In this document: piece by piece, positions 10,340 to 19,343 of the stretch | Numbering within the stretch: the first letter of the stretch is position 1 | Layout: each line of letters starts with the position of its first letter | NCBI GenBank assembly: GCA_965197685.1 | Contig: CBDANP010000006.1 | Coordinates: 345,344 to 409,343, forward strand | Length of the DNA: 64,000 nt | Reading direction: 5' to 3' | Source of the DNA: Dehalococcoidia bacterium | GTDB lineage: Bacteria; Chloroflexota; Dehalococcoidia; Lucifugimonadales; UBA1123 | Program-made: the position numbers and the translations under genes | The notes under the pieces: model-generated | Database searches by the model: none | What the model saw: the letters and a program-made list of their open reading frames with translations, nothing else | Told to the model about the DNA's origin: nothing

Positions 10340-10523
10340 GACTTCCTCGATGCGGCCTGAGTGGCCAGGTGACTAATTGCCGCAGTTCGGTAGATGCTTC
10401 CTCGTAGCCGCGTGCTATGTCGAGAGCGAGCTGAATTCCCTCGACTGGGGAATTCCTACAGGCTAATTCTTCTGCCTCGTCTAACCAAGTCAATGCTTTT
10501 TCGATTAGCTCTGCATTAGTCAT
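10329..10523 (-). CDS. Small hypothetical acidic protein
   Basis: 64-aa ORF with GGAG 7 nt upstream of the ATG, ~200 nt downstream of hsdR on the same strand. No recognisable family. Confidence 0.3.
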   Translation of the reverse strand: MTNAELIEKALTWLDEAEELACRNSPVEGIQLALDIARGYEEASTELRQLVTWPLRPHRGSHDE

Positions 10524-10723
10524 TCGGGGACTCCAAGTCTTCCGTGAAGTCTAGGAATCCGCTCACGCGGAGATAGACCCGCGTGGGCAGGGCAACCAAA
10601 AAGAAGCACACTCCTCCCCTTTCGAACACATTAGATTGATCGAGTTCGGCAGTAATTCTCGAATACCCAGCGATCCGGGAAACTGATAGAACCGTATCAA
10701 GTCGGCTTTCGCGTGTGATGAGC

Positions 10724-13700
10724 TCATCCCTCTGAAGTCGACGTCTTATAGGTCGCGCTGAACGACCTATTGCTCAGCCAGCGCCGGAAGTCCTCGTTCT
10801 CCGTGTACAGCTTGTAGAGCTCGGCGCCGCACTGGATCGTGCCTATCAGCACATCGTCAAGCGCGCGGTCATGCTCGACTCGAGCGTTCTCCTCGTCTGG
10901 ATGCTGGCGTGCGTTCCGATAGGCGTCCCTGGCCTCAACCTGTTCGGGAATCCCGGCAATGAGTTCACCCACCTGGTCGGCGTCCGTGAACTCGGCGCCC
11001 CACAGACCGTTGAACTCCTCCAGAATGACCGACAGGGGGTTCATCTCCGGTTCCGGTATGTACCCGCCGCCGGACGCCGGCGCGGGATCTATCTCGGCGT
11101 CCTCGTCCTCCAGAAGTATGGCCTCGGTCGCCCGCTTCTCCACCCGGTAGCTGTCCATGTCTATGACCTCGAGGATCCCCTTGGACAGGTCCTCCTCCAC
11201 CGGCGCGGGCAGCTTGGGTATCAGGAAGTTCAGGAAGATGGACAGCTTCTCCCACCCGATGTCCTCATAGGGGAGTATCTGCGCGAGGAAGGCGTATGAC
11301 CGGACGAATCCCTTGGCCTTTCCCTTGAAGTCCACCTGCCCGTCCTCGTCGAGCTCAGTCCGGTACACCTCCACGCAGGAGTCCAGTATCGGGTCGAGGC
11401 TGTCGCGCTCAGCGCCGTCGAGGTACATCCTCACGAGTTCGTCTATCCGCTCCTCGGAATAGACCTGGCAGCCGTCCAGGGCGGCCCTGAGGTCGTGCAG
11501 CTTGTCCGGGTCGGTCTCGTCGGACAGGATGGTGGTGCGGTAGTAGTCGGAGAAGGCGTCCTGGATCGTGTCCGAGTCGTTCATGAAGTCCAGGACGAAC
11601 ACGTCGTGCTTCTTCGGATGGGCGCGGTTGAGCCTGGATAGCGTCTGGACGGCCCTTATTCCGGAGAGGGTCTTGTCAACGTACATCGTGTGCAGCAGCG
11701 GCTCGTCGTAGCCGGTCTGGAACTTGTCGGCGCACACCAGGATGCGGTAGGGCTCCTCCTGTATCTTGTCCGCTATCCGGCCGGAAGGGAAGCCGTTCAG
11801 CGAGGTCTCGGTCACGTTCGCGCCGCCGTACTCATGCTCGCCGGAGAAGGCCACTATTGCCTGGTACCGGCTGCCGCGCTCTTCCAGGTAGCTCTTGATG
11901 GCGTGGTAGTAGTCTATGGCGCGGCGTATGCCGTCGGTTACGACCATCGCCCTCGCCTGGCCGCCGATCTTCCTGGGGCCGGCGACCTTCTCGTGGAAGT
12001 GGTCCATCATGATCTCGGCCTTCATGCCGATGGCGCGCTCATGGCCCTCCACGTAGCGGCGGAGCTTTCTCTGCGCCTTCTTCGAATCGAACTCCGGGTC
12101 GTCCTCTATCATCTTGACCAGGTTGTAGTAGCTGCTTACCGGCGTGTAGCTGCCCAGCACGTCCAGTATGAAGCCCTCCTGGATGGCCTGCTTCATCGTG
12201 TAGCTGTGGAACGGAAGATGTCTGATAGTTCCGTCCGGCTGAGGGTCCGACTCGCCGAACAGCTCCAGCGTCCTGTTCTTCGGGGTGGCGGTGAATGCGA
12301 AGTAGCTGGCGTTGGCGAGCATCCTCTTGGACTCGATGATCCTGTTGATCCGGTCCTCGAAGGTCTCCTCTTCATCCTCTGAATCGCCCGAGGACAGCAC
12401 GCTGGACATTGCCGCGGACGCGCGGCCGCCCTGGCTGGAGTGCGCCTCGTCTATGATGATTGCGAAGTTTCGGTCGCTGAAGTCGCCGCTCATCTCGTCC
12501 AGGATGAACGGGAACTTCTGCACCGTGGAGATGATGATCTTCTTGCCGCCCTCTATGAATTCGCGGAGGTTGCTGGAACGCTCCGCGTGGCCCACCGTCG
12601 CGCTCACCTGGGTGAACTGTCTGATGGTCTCCTCTATCTGCGCGTCCAGAATAAGCCGGTCGGTGACGACGATGATGGAGTCGCAGACCGGAGCGTCGTT
12701 CCTTCGCAGGTCCACCAGCCTGTGCGCCAGCCACGCTATGGAGTTGGACTTGCCGCTTCCCGCGGAGTGCTGCACCAGGTAGCGTTGGCCGGCGCCCTTC
12801 TCCTGGGCGTCCGCGAGCAGCTCACGCACGACGTCGAGCTGGTGATAGCGCGGCCAAATCTGGGTCCTGCTCTTCTTCCTGGTCTTCGGGTCCGTCGTCT
12901 GGATGAGCTGGGCGTAGTTCTCGATGATGTCGGTGAGGTTCTCCCTGGAGAGTGTATCCCTCCACAGGTACTCGGTCATGAGGCCGTCCGGGTTGACGGG
13001 ATTGCCAGCGCCGCCGTCCCTGCCCTTGTTGAAAGACAGGAACCAGGACGCCTTTCCCCTGAGCTCGGTGCAGAACCGGACCTGCTGGTCGTCAACGGCG
13101 AAGTGGGCCATGCAGCGGCCCAGCCTGAACAGGTCCTCGCGCGGATCGCGGTCGCGCTTGTACTGCTCCTCGGCGTCCGCCACGGTCTGCTTGGTGAGGC
13201 TGTTCTTCAGCTCGAAGGTCGCCACCGGCAGGCCGTTGATGAACAGCGCGAGGTCGAGGGCCAGGCCGGTGTTTCTGGCGCTGTAGCGCAGCTGGCGGGT
13301 TACGGAGAAACGGTTCAGGGCGTGAAGTTCCCGCGCCCTCTCGTTGCCGGCGGACGGCGTGGCGTAGAAGAACGTGATGTTGTGCTGCCCATGCCTGACG
13401 CCGTTGCGGAGAACTTCCACCACGCCCCTGTCGGTCACCTGCCGCTTCAGTCTCGCCAGAAAGCGCTGTCTTGTGATGTTGTCGCCGTCCAGCGCGAGCG
13501 CCTCTGTGGTGTCCGGCTGGGTGTCTCTGAGAAAGGCGGACAGCTGCGCCAGGTCAACGCAGTATTCGCGGTCGTAGTCGTTGGAGCTGCCCGGCAGCCA
13601 GCCGGCGCCTGTCATGGAACTGAAGATGATGTCCTCGAGGCCGCGCTCGCTGGTGTCGGTGGCGCGCCTGACGGCGCCCGATTCCCCGGGGATATCCGCT

Positions 13701-13876
13701 TCAGCCTTGGGTTCGGCCTTTACGCTTGGAGATCCGGCGAAGAGACCGCGCCGGGGATTTCTCCACTCGAGGATTTCCGGGATGTCGTCGGTGTCTATCT
13801 CGTCCTCCGGCAGGTCCATGAGCGCTTCGAGCTCCGCTCTCTGATTAGGAGTCAGGTCAGAAACTTTCACTCTCAT
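10724..13876 (-). CDS. hsdR: Type I restriction enzyme R subunit with ~75-aa N-terminal extension resembling the N-terminal part of antitoxin BrnA
   Basis: Canonical HsdR blocks (LALDLALFINGLPVATFELKN, QYKRDRDP, HSAGSGKSNSIAW, IIIDEAHSSQ, FTATPKN, KFQTGYDEP). ATG 13876 preceded by GAGGAGGAAG. Residues 1-45 are MRVKVSDLTPNQRAELEALMDLPEDEIDTDDIPEILEWRNPRRGLF. Confidence 0.9.
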   Translation of the reverse strand: MRVKVSDLTPNQRAELEALMDLPEDEIDTDDIPEILEWRNPRRGLFAGSPSVKAEPKAEADIPGESGAVRRATDTSERGLEDIIFSSMTGAGWLPGSSNDYDREYCVDLAQLSAFLRDTQPDTTEALALDGDNITRQRFLARLKRQVTDRGVVEVLRNGVRHGQHNITFFYATPSAGNERARELHALNRFSVTRQLRYSARNTGLALDLALFINGLPVATFELKNSLTKQTVADAEEQYKRDRDPREDLFRLGRCMAHFAVDDQQVRFCTELRGKASWFLSFNKGRDGGAGNPVNPDGLMTEYLWRDTLSRENLTDIIENYAQLIQTTDPKTRKKSRTQIWPRYHQLDVVRELLADAQEKGAGQRYLVQHSAGSGKSNSIAWLAHRLVDLRRNDAPVCDSIIVVTDRLILDAQIEETIRQFTQVSATVGHAERSSNLREFIEGGKKIIISTVQKFPFILDEMSGDFSDRNFAIIIDEAHSSQGGRASAAMSSVLSSGDSEDEEETFEDRINRIIESKRMLANASYFAFTATPKNRTLELFGESDPQPDGTIRHLPFHSYTMKQAIQEGFILDVLGSYTPVSSYYNLVKMIEDDPEFDSKKAQRKLRRYVEGHERAIGMKAEIMMDHFHEKVAGPRKIGGQARAMVVTDGIRRAIDYYHAIKSYLEERGSRYQAIVAFSGEHEYGGANVTETSLNGFPSGRIADKIQEEPYRILVCADKFQTGYDEPLLHTMYVDKTLSGIRAVQTLSRLNRAHPKKHDVFVLDFMNDSDTIQDAFSDYYRTTILSDETDPDKLHDLRAALDGCQVYSEERIDELVRMYLDGAERDSLDPILDSCVEVYRTELDEDGQVDFKGKAKGFVRSYAFLAQILPYEDIGWEKLSIFLNFLIPKLPAPVEEDLSKGILEVIDMDSYRVEKRATEAILLEDEDAEIDPAPASGGGYIPEPEMNPLSVILEEFNGLWGAEFTDADQVGELIAGIPEQVEARDAYRNARQHPDEENARVEHDRALDDVLIGTIQCGAELYKLYTENEDFRRWLSNRSFSATYKTSTSEG

Positions 13877-14147
13877 ACTTCCTCCTCTCACTGGGCGTGG
13901 CCCTTCGAGCGCTTATTATCCTGCCGACTTCGCCCCCGAATCTCGGGTCATACTCGGGCAGCGTGTGGATGACGATCAGTGTAGCCATGCCCACCATTCC
14001 GGTGGTCTGAAACCTTCGTTCATCGGGGTTTGGGTCGTCCTCGGTTACGGCCAGCTCGTCCTGAAACGCGAGCATGGCGGTCTCGAAGCTGATTCGGTGT
14101 TTTCGTATGTTCTCGCTGTTCTTGTCCTCGTCCCATGTCCAGTACAA
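13857..14147 (-). CDS. brnT: BrnT-family (DUF497) ribonuclease toxin
   Basis: MYWTWDEDKNSENIRKHRISFETAMLAFQD...GRIISARRATPSERRKYE fits the DUF497/BrnT pattern. TTG start with GGGGAG upstream. 20-nt overlap with the hsdR start. Confidence 0.8.
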   Translation of the reverse strand: MYWTWDEDKNSENIRKHRISFETAMLAFQDELAVTEDDPNPDERRFQTTGMVGMATLIVIHTLPEYDPRFGGEVGRIISARRATPSERRKYESESF

Positions 14148-14165
14148 TCGCCGGACTCCCCGGGG

Positions 14166-15593
14166 CTATGATGTTGGCATCTCTATCTCGATCTCGCCCG
14201 CGCCGCGGACGTCCAGTTTTCCGGTGACGACGTCGGCAATGAGCCGGGTCCGGTATTCCTGCATCAGGTCTATCTGGCGGTGAGCATGGTCAATCGCGGT
14301 GTCGATGTCTGCTGTTGTCTTGTCCAGGTATCCAACAATTTCTAGCTGTTCAGAAATAGAGGGGAAAGGAAATCGATGTGCTCTCAACTTTTCTCCCGTC
14401 AAATGCATGATGGTACTGAGTTGACCATCATTAAATGCGTTTCCTACCGCCGCCGCACGTAGGACGTAATACATGAAGCGCTGAACATCTCGTTCAGTGT
14501 TGAGAGGCCTAAGTCTGTGCAGTGCCTTCTGGAATCCACATCTGTCAAGCCCTCCAGACCAGATAGCACTTCGGCCCACCTCGCCACCCTCACATACAAG
14601 CAAGTCGCCCTGCTCAACTGTATAGCGGCTGTACTCATCAGGCGCAATATCCATCGTGGGAAGGTCCCGTATATTAATTCTATCCCACTGGACATCGATA
14701 TTCCGCAGATAAGGGAGTGACTGGTATCCGGTTATGGTTTTAGAATCTAGCATTTTGCCGAGACACTGTGCGTATCTGTACCTCAAAGCCGCAATGTTCC
14801 AATGAGCTGGTACATCACCAAGCCACTCGACGCCGGAGTGCTTGAGAGGAGCGTTGGGATCGAGGCCCCGGGTAACGGCCTGATTGATGACAGCCTGTTT
14901 CTGCTCGGTCAGCAGCTCGATGAGTCGCTCCTTGGCGCTGATGTAGCTCTGGATGCGACTGTCGGCGTGGTCGAGATAGCGCACGATGGCGGTCTGTTCT
15001 GCCAAGGATGGGACTGGAAGTGGCTCCGCAGCGAGCGCAGCATAACGAAAGTCTGTAGACCTCTCACGAACCCCCTTAGCGAGTGCGGCAATCCATCGGC
15101 TCCTAGCCATCTCCCGTATCGCGAAAGCATAGTAGTAAGCATTCGCTCGATACTCTGGCCTACAAACAGAGTAAACGGGCGTACCCTTTCCGTCCGAGTC
15201 AGAGACTCCGACAGCACCTGCGAAGGCGTCCATAGCATGGATTACTAAATCTCCCACTCGAATACCTTGATAGCCTATCTCCTGCAGCGACTCAGTGAAC
15301 CCCTCCGTCCTCCGATTCTTTCGCAGAGTTACAACCCCATCTCTAAAGCATGTTACGACGTCGTCCGTGTCTCTAACGGAACGGTCCATCTTCTTTAGCA
15401 GTCGCTTCCCACGGTCCACGGTCCAATGTGCTGGTATGTGTTCAAGCCACTTCATTCCGGAGTCTTTGTAAGAAGGGTAAGGGTTTATCAAAATGGACAG
15501 ACTCCTCTGGTCCGGGGCATATCCTAAAGAGTAGGTATTAGGAGGCTTTTGACCTGAACTAGGATCCAACACCCGAGTCCTGTGGGAAGACAT
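14166..15593 (-). CDS. hsdS: Type I R-M specificity subunit (two target-recognition domains)
   Basis: Two conserved spacer/coiled-coil blocks (LPVPSLAEQTAIVRYLDHADSRIQ...LIELLTEQKQAVINQAVTRGLD and FPFPSISEQLEIVGYLDKTTADID...LMQEYRTRLIADVVTGKLDVR). The start may be the internal Met at 15455 (MKWLEHIPAHW). Confidence 0.85.
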   Translation of the reverse strand: MSSHRTRVLDPSSGQKPPNTYSLGYAPDQRSLSILINPYPSYKDSGMKWLEHIPAHWTVDRGKRLLKKMDRSVRDTDDVVTCFRDGVVTLRKNRRTEGFTESLQEIGYQGIRVGDLVIHAMDAFAGAVGVSDSDGKGTPVYSVCRPEYRANAYYYAFAIREMARSRWIAALAKGVRERSTDFRYAALAAEPLPVPSLAEQTAIVRYLDHADSRIQSYISAKERLIELLTEQKQAVINQAVTRGLDPNAPLKHSGVEWLGDVPAHWNIAALRYRYAQCLGKMLDSKTITGYQSLPYLRNIDVQWDRINIRDLPTMDIAPDEYSRYTVEQGDLLVCEGGEVGRSAIWSGGLDRCGFQKALHRLRPLNTERDVQRFMYYVLRAAAVGNAFNDGQLSTIMHLTGEKLRAHRFPFPSISEQLEIVGYLDKTTADIDTAIDHAHRQIDLMQEYRTRLIADVVTGKLDVRGAGEIEIEMPTS

Positions 15594-17190
15594 CTTCTAA
15601 GAGTTCCTGAAATACGTCGGGCGTCTCCCGCAATGCCGGAATCAAATGGGTCAGTGTGAAGCCCTCGCGCCTGTTGCCTAAATTAGCGATCCGGGTCTTC
15701 GCCCGAATGTATCCGAACAACTGCTGTGTTGTGTCCTTGATATTGTCCGGCATCTGTGAATCGTTCAGCAATTCCTGTCTCTTATTCAAAACTGCGTCCG
15801 TCAGACTCTCCTTCCCATTTCGGCTCAGAAAAGTCCGCAGGACCTCTGGGTCATACAAATAATTCTCCAGCTCCCGTCTTCGTAGAACACATACTCCGGC
15901 TTCAATGCTCTGAGTTCTCTCATCGTCAGTCATGTCGTCGCGGTCAATCACTGACCATACCGTGGTGCCCTCTGTTACAGCCTGGAGAACCCGGATTAGA
16001 TTCTGACTGTTCTTAACCTCGGTGGAGCTTCCGTAGGAGATAAAGAGTGTCTCAGGGTGAATATCGGCGAAGAGACGATTGTAACAGGCGGCGTCAAAGC
16101 CCTTGTCGGCCTCGAACTTCTTACCCTCGCATATTACGATGTTCTCAGGAGCTATCAGGTTTGAGAGGTCGTCAAGAGCCACATTGTATGCGTTCTGCCA
16201 GAATACGCGGTTAGGGACATGTGGACGAATTACCGCAGGAAGGTCAAAATCGTGAGTCCCGAAGTCCAAGAACGCCACGTTGCCTTCCTGTTTCATTAAC
16301 TCGTATGCCTCCCTGACGAATCCTATGGAGTGAGTCGCAAGCCACAACTGGGACTCTTCCGGCACAAGCTTGAGCATCGCCTTGAGAAGAGAACCATGAA
16401 GAGCTGTATTGACGTGTGCTTCCGGTTCGTCAATGCAATATATGGCATCTTGGTATTCGGGACGCTTCACGAATATGTCAAGCAGTAAGTCAAATGCTGC
16501 CTTCTCTCCCCCCGATAGGTTTTTATAATGAAAATCTTCGGCTGTCCCTTTAGAAAAGCGGAAAGTGCCGGCGTCCTGGATTCCACCAAAGTCTTGAAGC
16601 CTAAGTGTCGGGTCAGTGAAGAGGCCTTCCATCGCCGTCTGGAGGTCGCTGAGAAATTCTCTGCGATACCGTCCAATGGTCATAACTTCGGGCGCATCCC
16701 TGTCTATGTCCGCCTGACGTCTCCAAACTAAACGTCTGTAATTGTCGGACACAGCCTGGTCAGCATCAATGATCCGTTGAAATCTATCGGACGCGTGTGC
16801 CGACTCGACAGCCTGAATCGCATCGAGGCGAAAGTCGGACTCATTTCTGTAAGCAGACCGTATGTTGAACGCCGCAGACCATTCTTCCTGGGTCAGCGCC
16901 TGGCGAGAATGAAACTTGACCTCTATCCTCTGTGCTATTTCATGGGTGTTCTGCGCTCCATCATCTGAACTCCGGCTATAGTACCCCCCGTAGTTGTCGT
17001 TTCCTGAAACACTATAATTGCTCCTAGCAGACCATGACTTCAGCAGGAAGGCGTCGAAAAGAGAGGACTTCCCCGACCCATTTGGCCCAATTAAGACGAC
17101 GACGCGGGCGGATTCGGGGATGTCGCAAATAGTGAGGTCGTTAAAACGCTTGTAGCCAGGTGGTTGTATACGAATGGTCTTGATTCTCAA
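15559..17190 (-). CDS. Fused ABC-type ATPase + DUF4435/Toprim (OLD-like) protein, PARIS AriA-AriB-like / restriction-linked ORF
   Basis: Walker A GPNGSGKSS, signature LSGGEKAAF, Walker B IYCIDEPEAHV, ATHS. C-terminal IVICEGKKFE...WSVIDRDDMTDDE...RRELENYLYDP resembles DUF4435. Sits between hsdM and hsdS with a 16-nt gap to hsdM and an overlap with hsdS. Confidence 0.75.
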   Translation of the reverse strand: MRIKTIRIQPPGYKRFNDLTICDIPESARVVVLIGPNGSGKSSLFDAFLLKSWSARSNYSVSGNDNYGGYYSRSSDDGAQNTHEIAQRIEVKFHSRQALTQEEWSAAFNIRSAYRNESDFRLDAIQAVESAHASDRFQRIIDADQAVSDNYRRLVWRRQADIDRDAPEVMTIGRYRREFLSDLQTAMEGLFTDPTLRLQDFGGIQDAGTFRFSKGTAEDFHYKNLSGGEKAAFDLLLDIFVKRPEYQDAIYCIDEPEAHVNTALHGSLLKAMLKLVPEESQLWLATHSIGFVREAYELMKQEGNVAFLDFGTHDFDLPAVIRPHVPNRVFWQNAYNVALDDLSNLIAPENIVICEGKKFEADKGFDAACYNRLFADIHPETLFISYGSSTEVKNSQNLIRVLQAVTEGTTVWSVIDRDDMTDDERTQSIEAGVCVLRRRELENYLYDPEVLRTFLSRNGKESLTDAVLNKRQELLNDSQMPDNIKDTTQQLFGYIRAKTRIANLGNRREGFTLTHLIPALRETPDVFQELLEDVFPQDSGVGS

Positions 17191-17206
17191 GTAGTCACCC
17201 TGCCAT

Positions 17207-19189
17207 CTAATTTTCCAGCATGATCTCTGTCAACAGCCCTTCGGACTCCCTTTCCAATGCCCTGATGTCACTTATGATCTCGGAGAGTGGTCGCATCGGA
17301 TCGGGCTTGTAGAAGTGCCGCGTGAAGCTGATCTCGTAGCCGATCTTAACACTGCCGGGGTCGTACCAGACATCTGGAGCGTAAGGCAGTACCTCGCGCC
17401 GCAGGAAAGCGTCTATGCCGCCCTCTTCCAGCAGCGGCGCCTGCTCGGTATCCCGCAGGTCGTTGTCGCGCTCGTACTCGACCACCACGGCCCTGTCGCC
17501 GATATTCCTCTCGAATAGCCCACGCAGCGGATCGGGAGCCGTACCCCGCCCGTGAATCCTCTTGATGACCGCGGGAGCGTCCTCAGATCGCTCGGCCGTC
17601 GCCCTGAGTTCCCTGATCTCCCTGGCGTTATAGGTGCGCTCGGGGTCAATACCCACCAGTCTCAGCGGACGGTCAACCGTCACCTTCCAGTACCCGAACG
17701 CCTCGTTCGGGAATATCCTGGACTGCTCGCTCTCCTCGAAGCCCATGAACGTCTCGCATATCCGGTCGATGTCCTCGTCGGATAGTTCGCAGTTCTTCTG
17801 TCCCAGGTTTCTTCGCAGCGGCGTGAACCACTTGCTGGCGTCTATCAGCTGCACGTATCCCCTGCGATGTTCCGGCTTCCTGTTGGACAGAATCCAGACG
17901 TAGGTTGCGATGCCGGTGTTGTAGAACATGTTCAGCGGCAGAGCGACGATGGCCTCCAGCCAGTCGTTCTCGATGATCCAGCGGCGGATGTTGCTCTCGC
18001 CCGAACCGGCGTCGCCGGTGAACAGCGAGCTGCCGTTGTGGACCTCCGCGATCCGGCTGCCGAGCGGCGTGTCCTTCATCTTGCTGAGCATGTTGGCCAG
18101 GAACAACATCTGACCGTCGCTGACCCTGGTCACAAGCGAGTACTCGGGATCCCCGGCGTGGCTGATGACGAAGCGCGGGTCGCTCATGCCCTTCTTGCCG
18201 CCCATCCTGGCGAGGTCGTTCTTCCAACTCTTGCCGTAGGGCGGATTGCTCAGCATGAAGTCGAAGGTCCGCGGCCAGTTGGATTGGGATACCGCGGCGT
18301 CGTTCGACAGCGTGGAATGCTCCGGCCCGCCAACTATGTTGTCGGCGGAGTTGCCCTCCCCCTTGAGGAGCAGGTCGGCCTTGCAGATAGCGTAGGTCTC
18401 GGCGTTTATCTCCTGGCCGTACAGGTGGGTGGACACCCGCTTATCGCGCCGCGAGGTCCTGCAGCGTCTGTTCAGCCACGGTCAGCATACCGCCCGTTCC
18501 AATCGCACCGTCGTACATCAGGTAGGTCGTGGACCTATGGAATCGGCCACCGGGTCGAAGATGAGCCGGGACATGAGCCGCACGGCGTCCCTGGGCGTCC
18601 AGTGCTCGCCCGCCTCCTCGTTGTTCTCCTCGTTGAAACGGCGCACCAGGTCCTCGAATATGGTGCCCATCGCGTGATTGTCCAGCCCTGGAATCACAAT
18701 TTCCCCGTCGCCGTCCAGGACTGGCTCGGGAGACAGGTTGACGTCGGGCGAGGTAAACATTTCGATCAGTGTGCCGAGAGCGTCCGCGGCCGACAGTCTC
18801 GGGATCTGGTTGTGGAACTCGAAGTTCCTGAGTATGTCCTGGACGTTGGAGGAAAAGCCGTCCAGGTACGCCTCGAAGTTGGCCCGAAGCTGCTGCCGGC
18901 TGCTCGTGTCCAGCAGGCCCTTCAGCGTGAAGGGCGACGCGTTGTAGAAATCTTGGCCCGCCGCCTGCCTGAGCGGTCCGTCCTGGGCGACGATCCCCGC
19001 GTCGTCCAGCATCTTCTTCCGATTCAGGACGGCTTCCTTCGTGGGCTCAAGGACCGCGTCGAGGCGTCTGAGAACCGTCATGGGAAGCAAGACGTCCCTG
19101 TACTTGCCGCGCACGTACAGGTCGCGCAGCACGTCGTCGGCCACGCTCCAGATGAAGTTCGATATTCTGCCTATCTGCGGATCCTGCAT
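17207..19189 (-). pseudogene. hsdM: Type I R-M DNA methyltransferase subunit, two apparent frame breaks
   Basis: The HsdM_N-like part (ISNFIWSVADDVLRDLYVRGKYRDVLLPMTVLRRLD) is in ORF 18518..19189. The motif I segment TYLMYDGAIGTGGMLTVAEQTL is readable only in a third frame between ~18445 and ~18530. Motif IV LSNPPYGKSWK and the rest are in ORF 17207..18436. Confidence 0.85.
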
Positions 19190-19343
19190 CAGCGACCTTT
19201 CACAATCTTGAATCGGGGGATAGCGACTTTATTGTAGCACTCGCGGCTTTGTAATCCACGCACCGCGACGCGCACAGGTCCGATATCCGCTTCCGAGAAG
19301 TGAGAGGGATTAGAACAGCCGCGAATGCGCATCGCTTATATGG

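Noticed and set aside
13877-13891. GTG start at 13891 for hsdR given by the ORF track.
   Set aside because: The GAGGAGGAAG Shine-Dalgarno sequence lies inside that extension and is correctly spaced for ATG 13876.
12440-13972. 510-aa plus-strand ORF. Similar long antisense ORFs occur at 17867..19237, 7684..8598, 36452..37585, 29409..30197, 38518..39249 and 4951..5577.
   Set aside because: Each lies entirely antisense to a gene with clear family motifs. Each has Arg/Gly/Ala/Leu-rich low-complexity composition typical of shadow ORFs in GC-rich coding DNA, and no recognisable motif.
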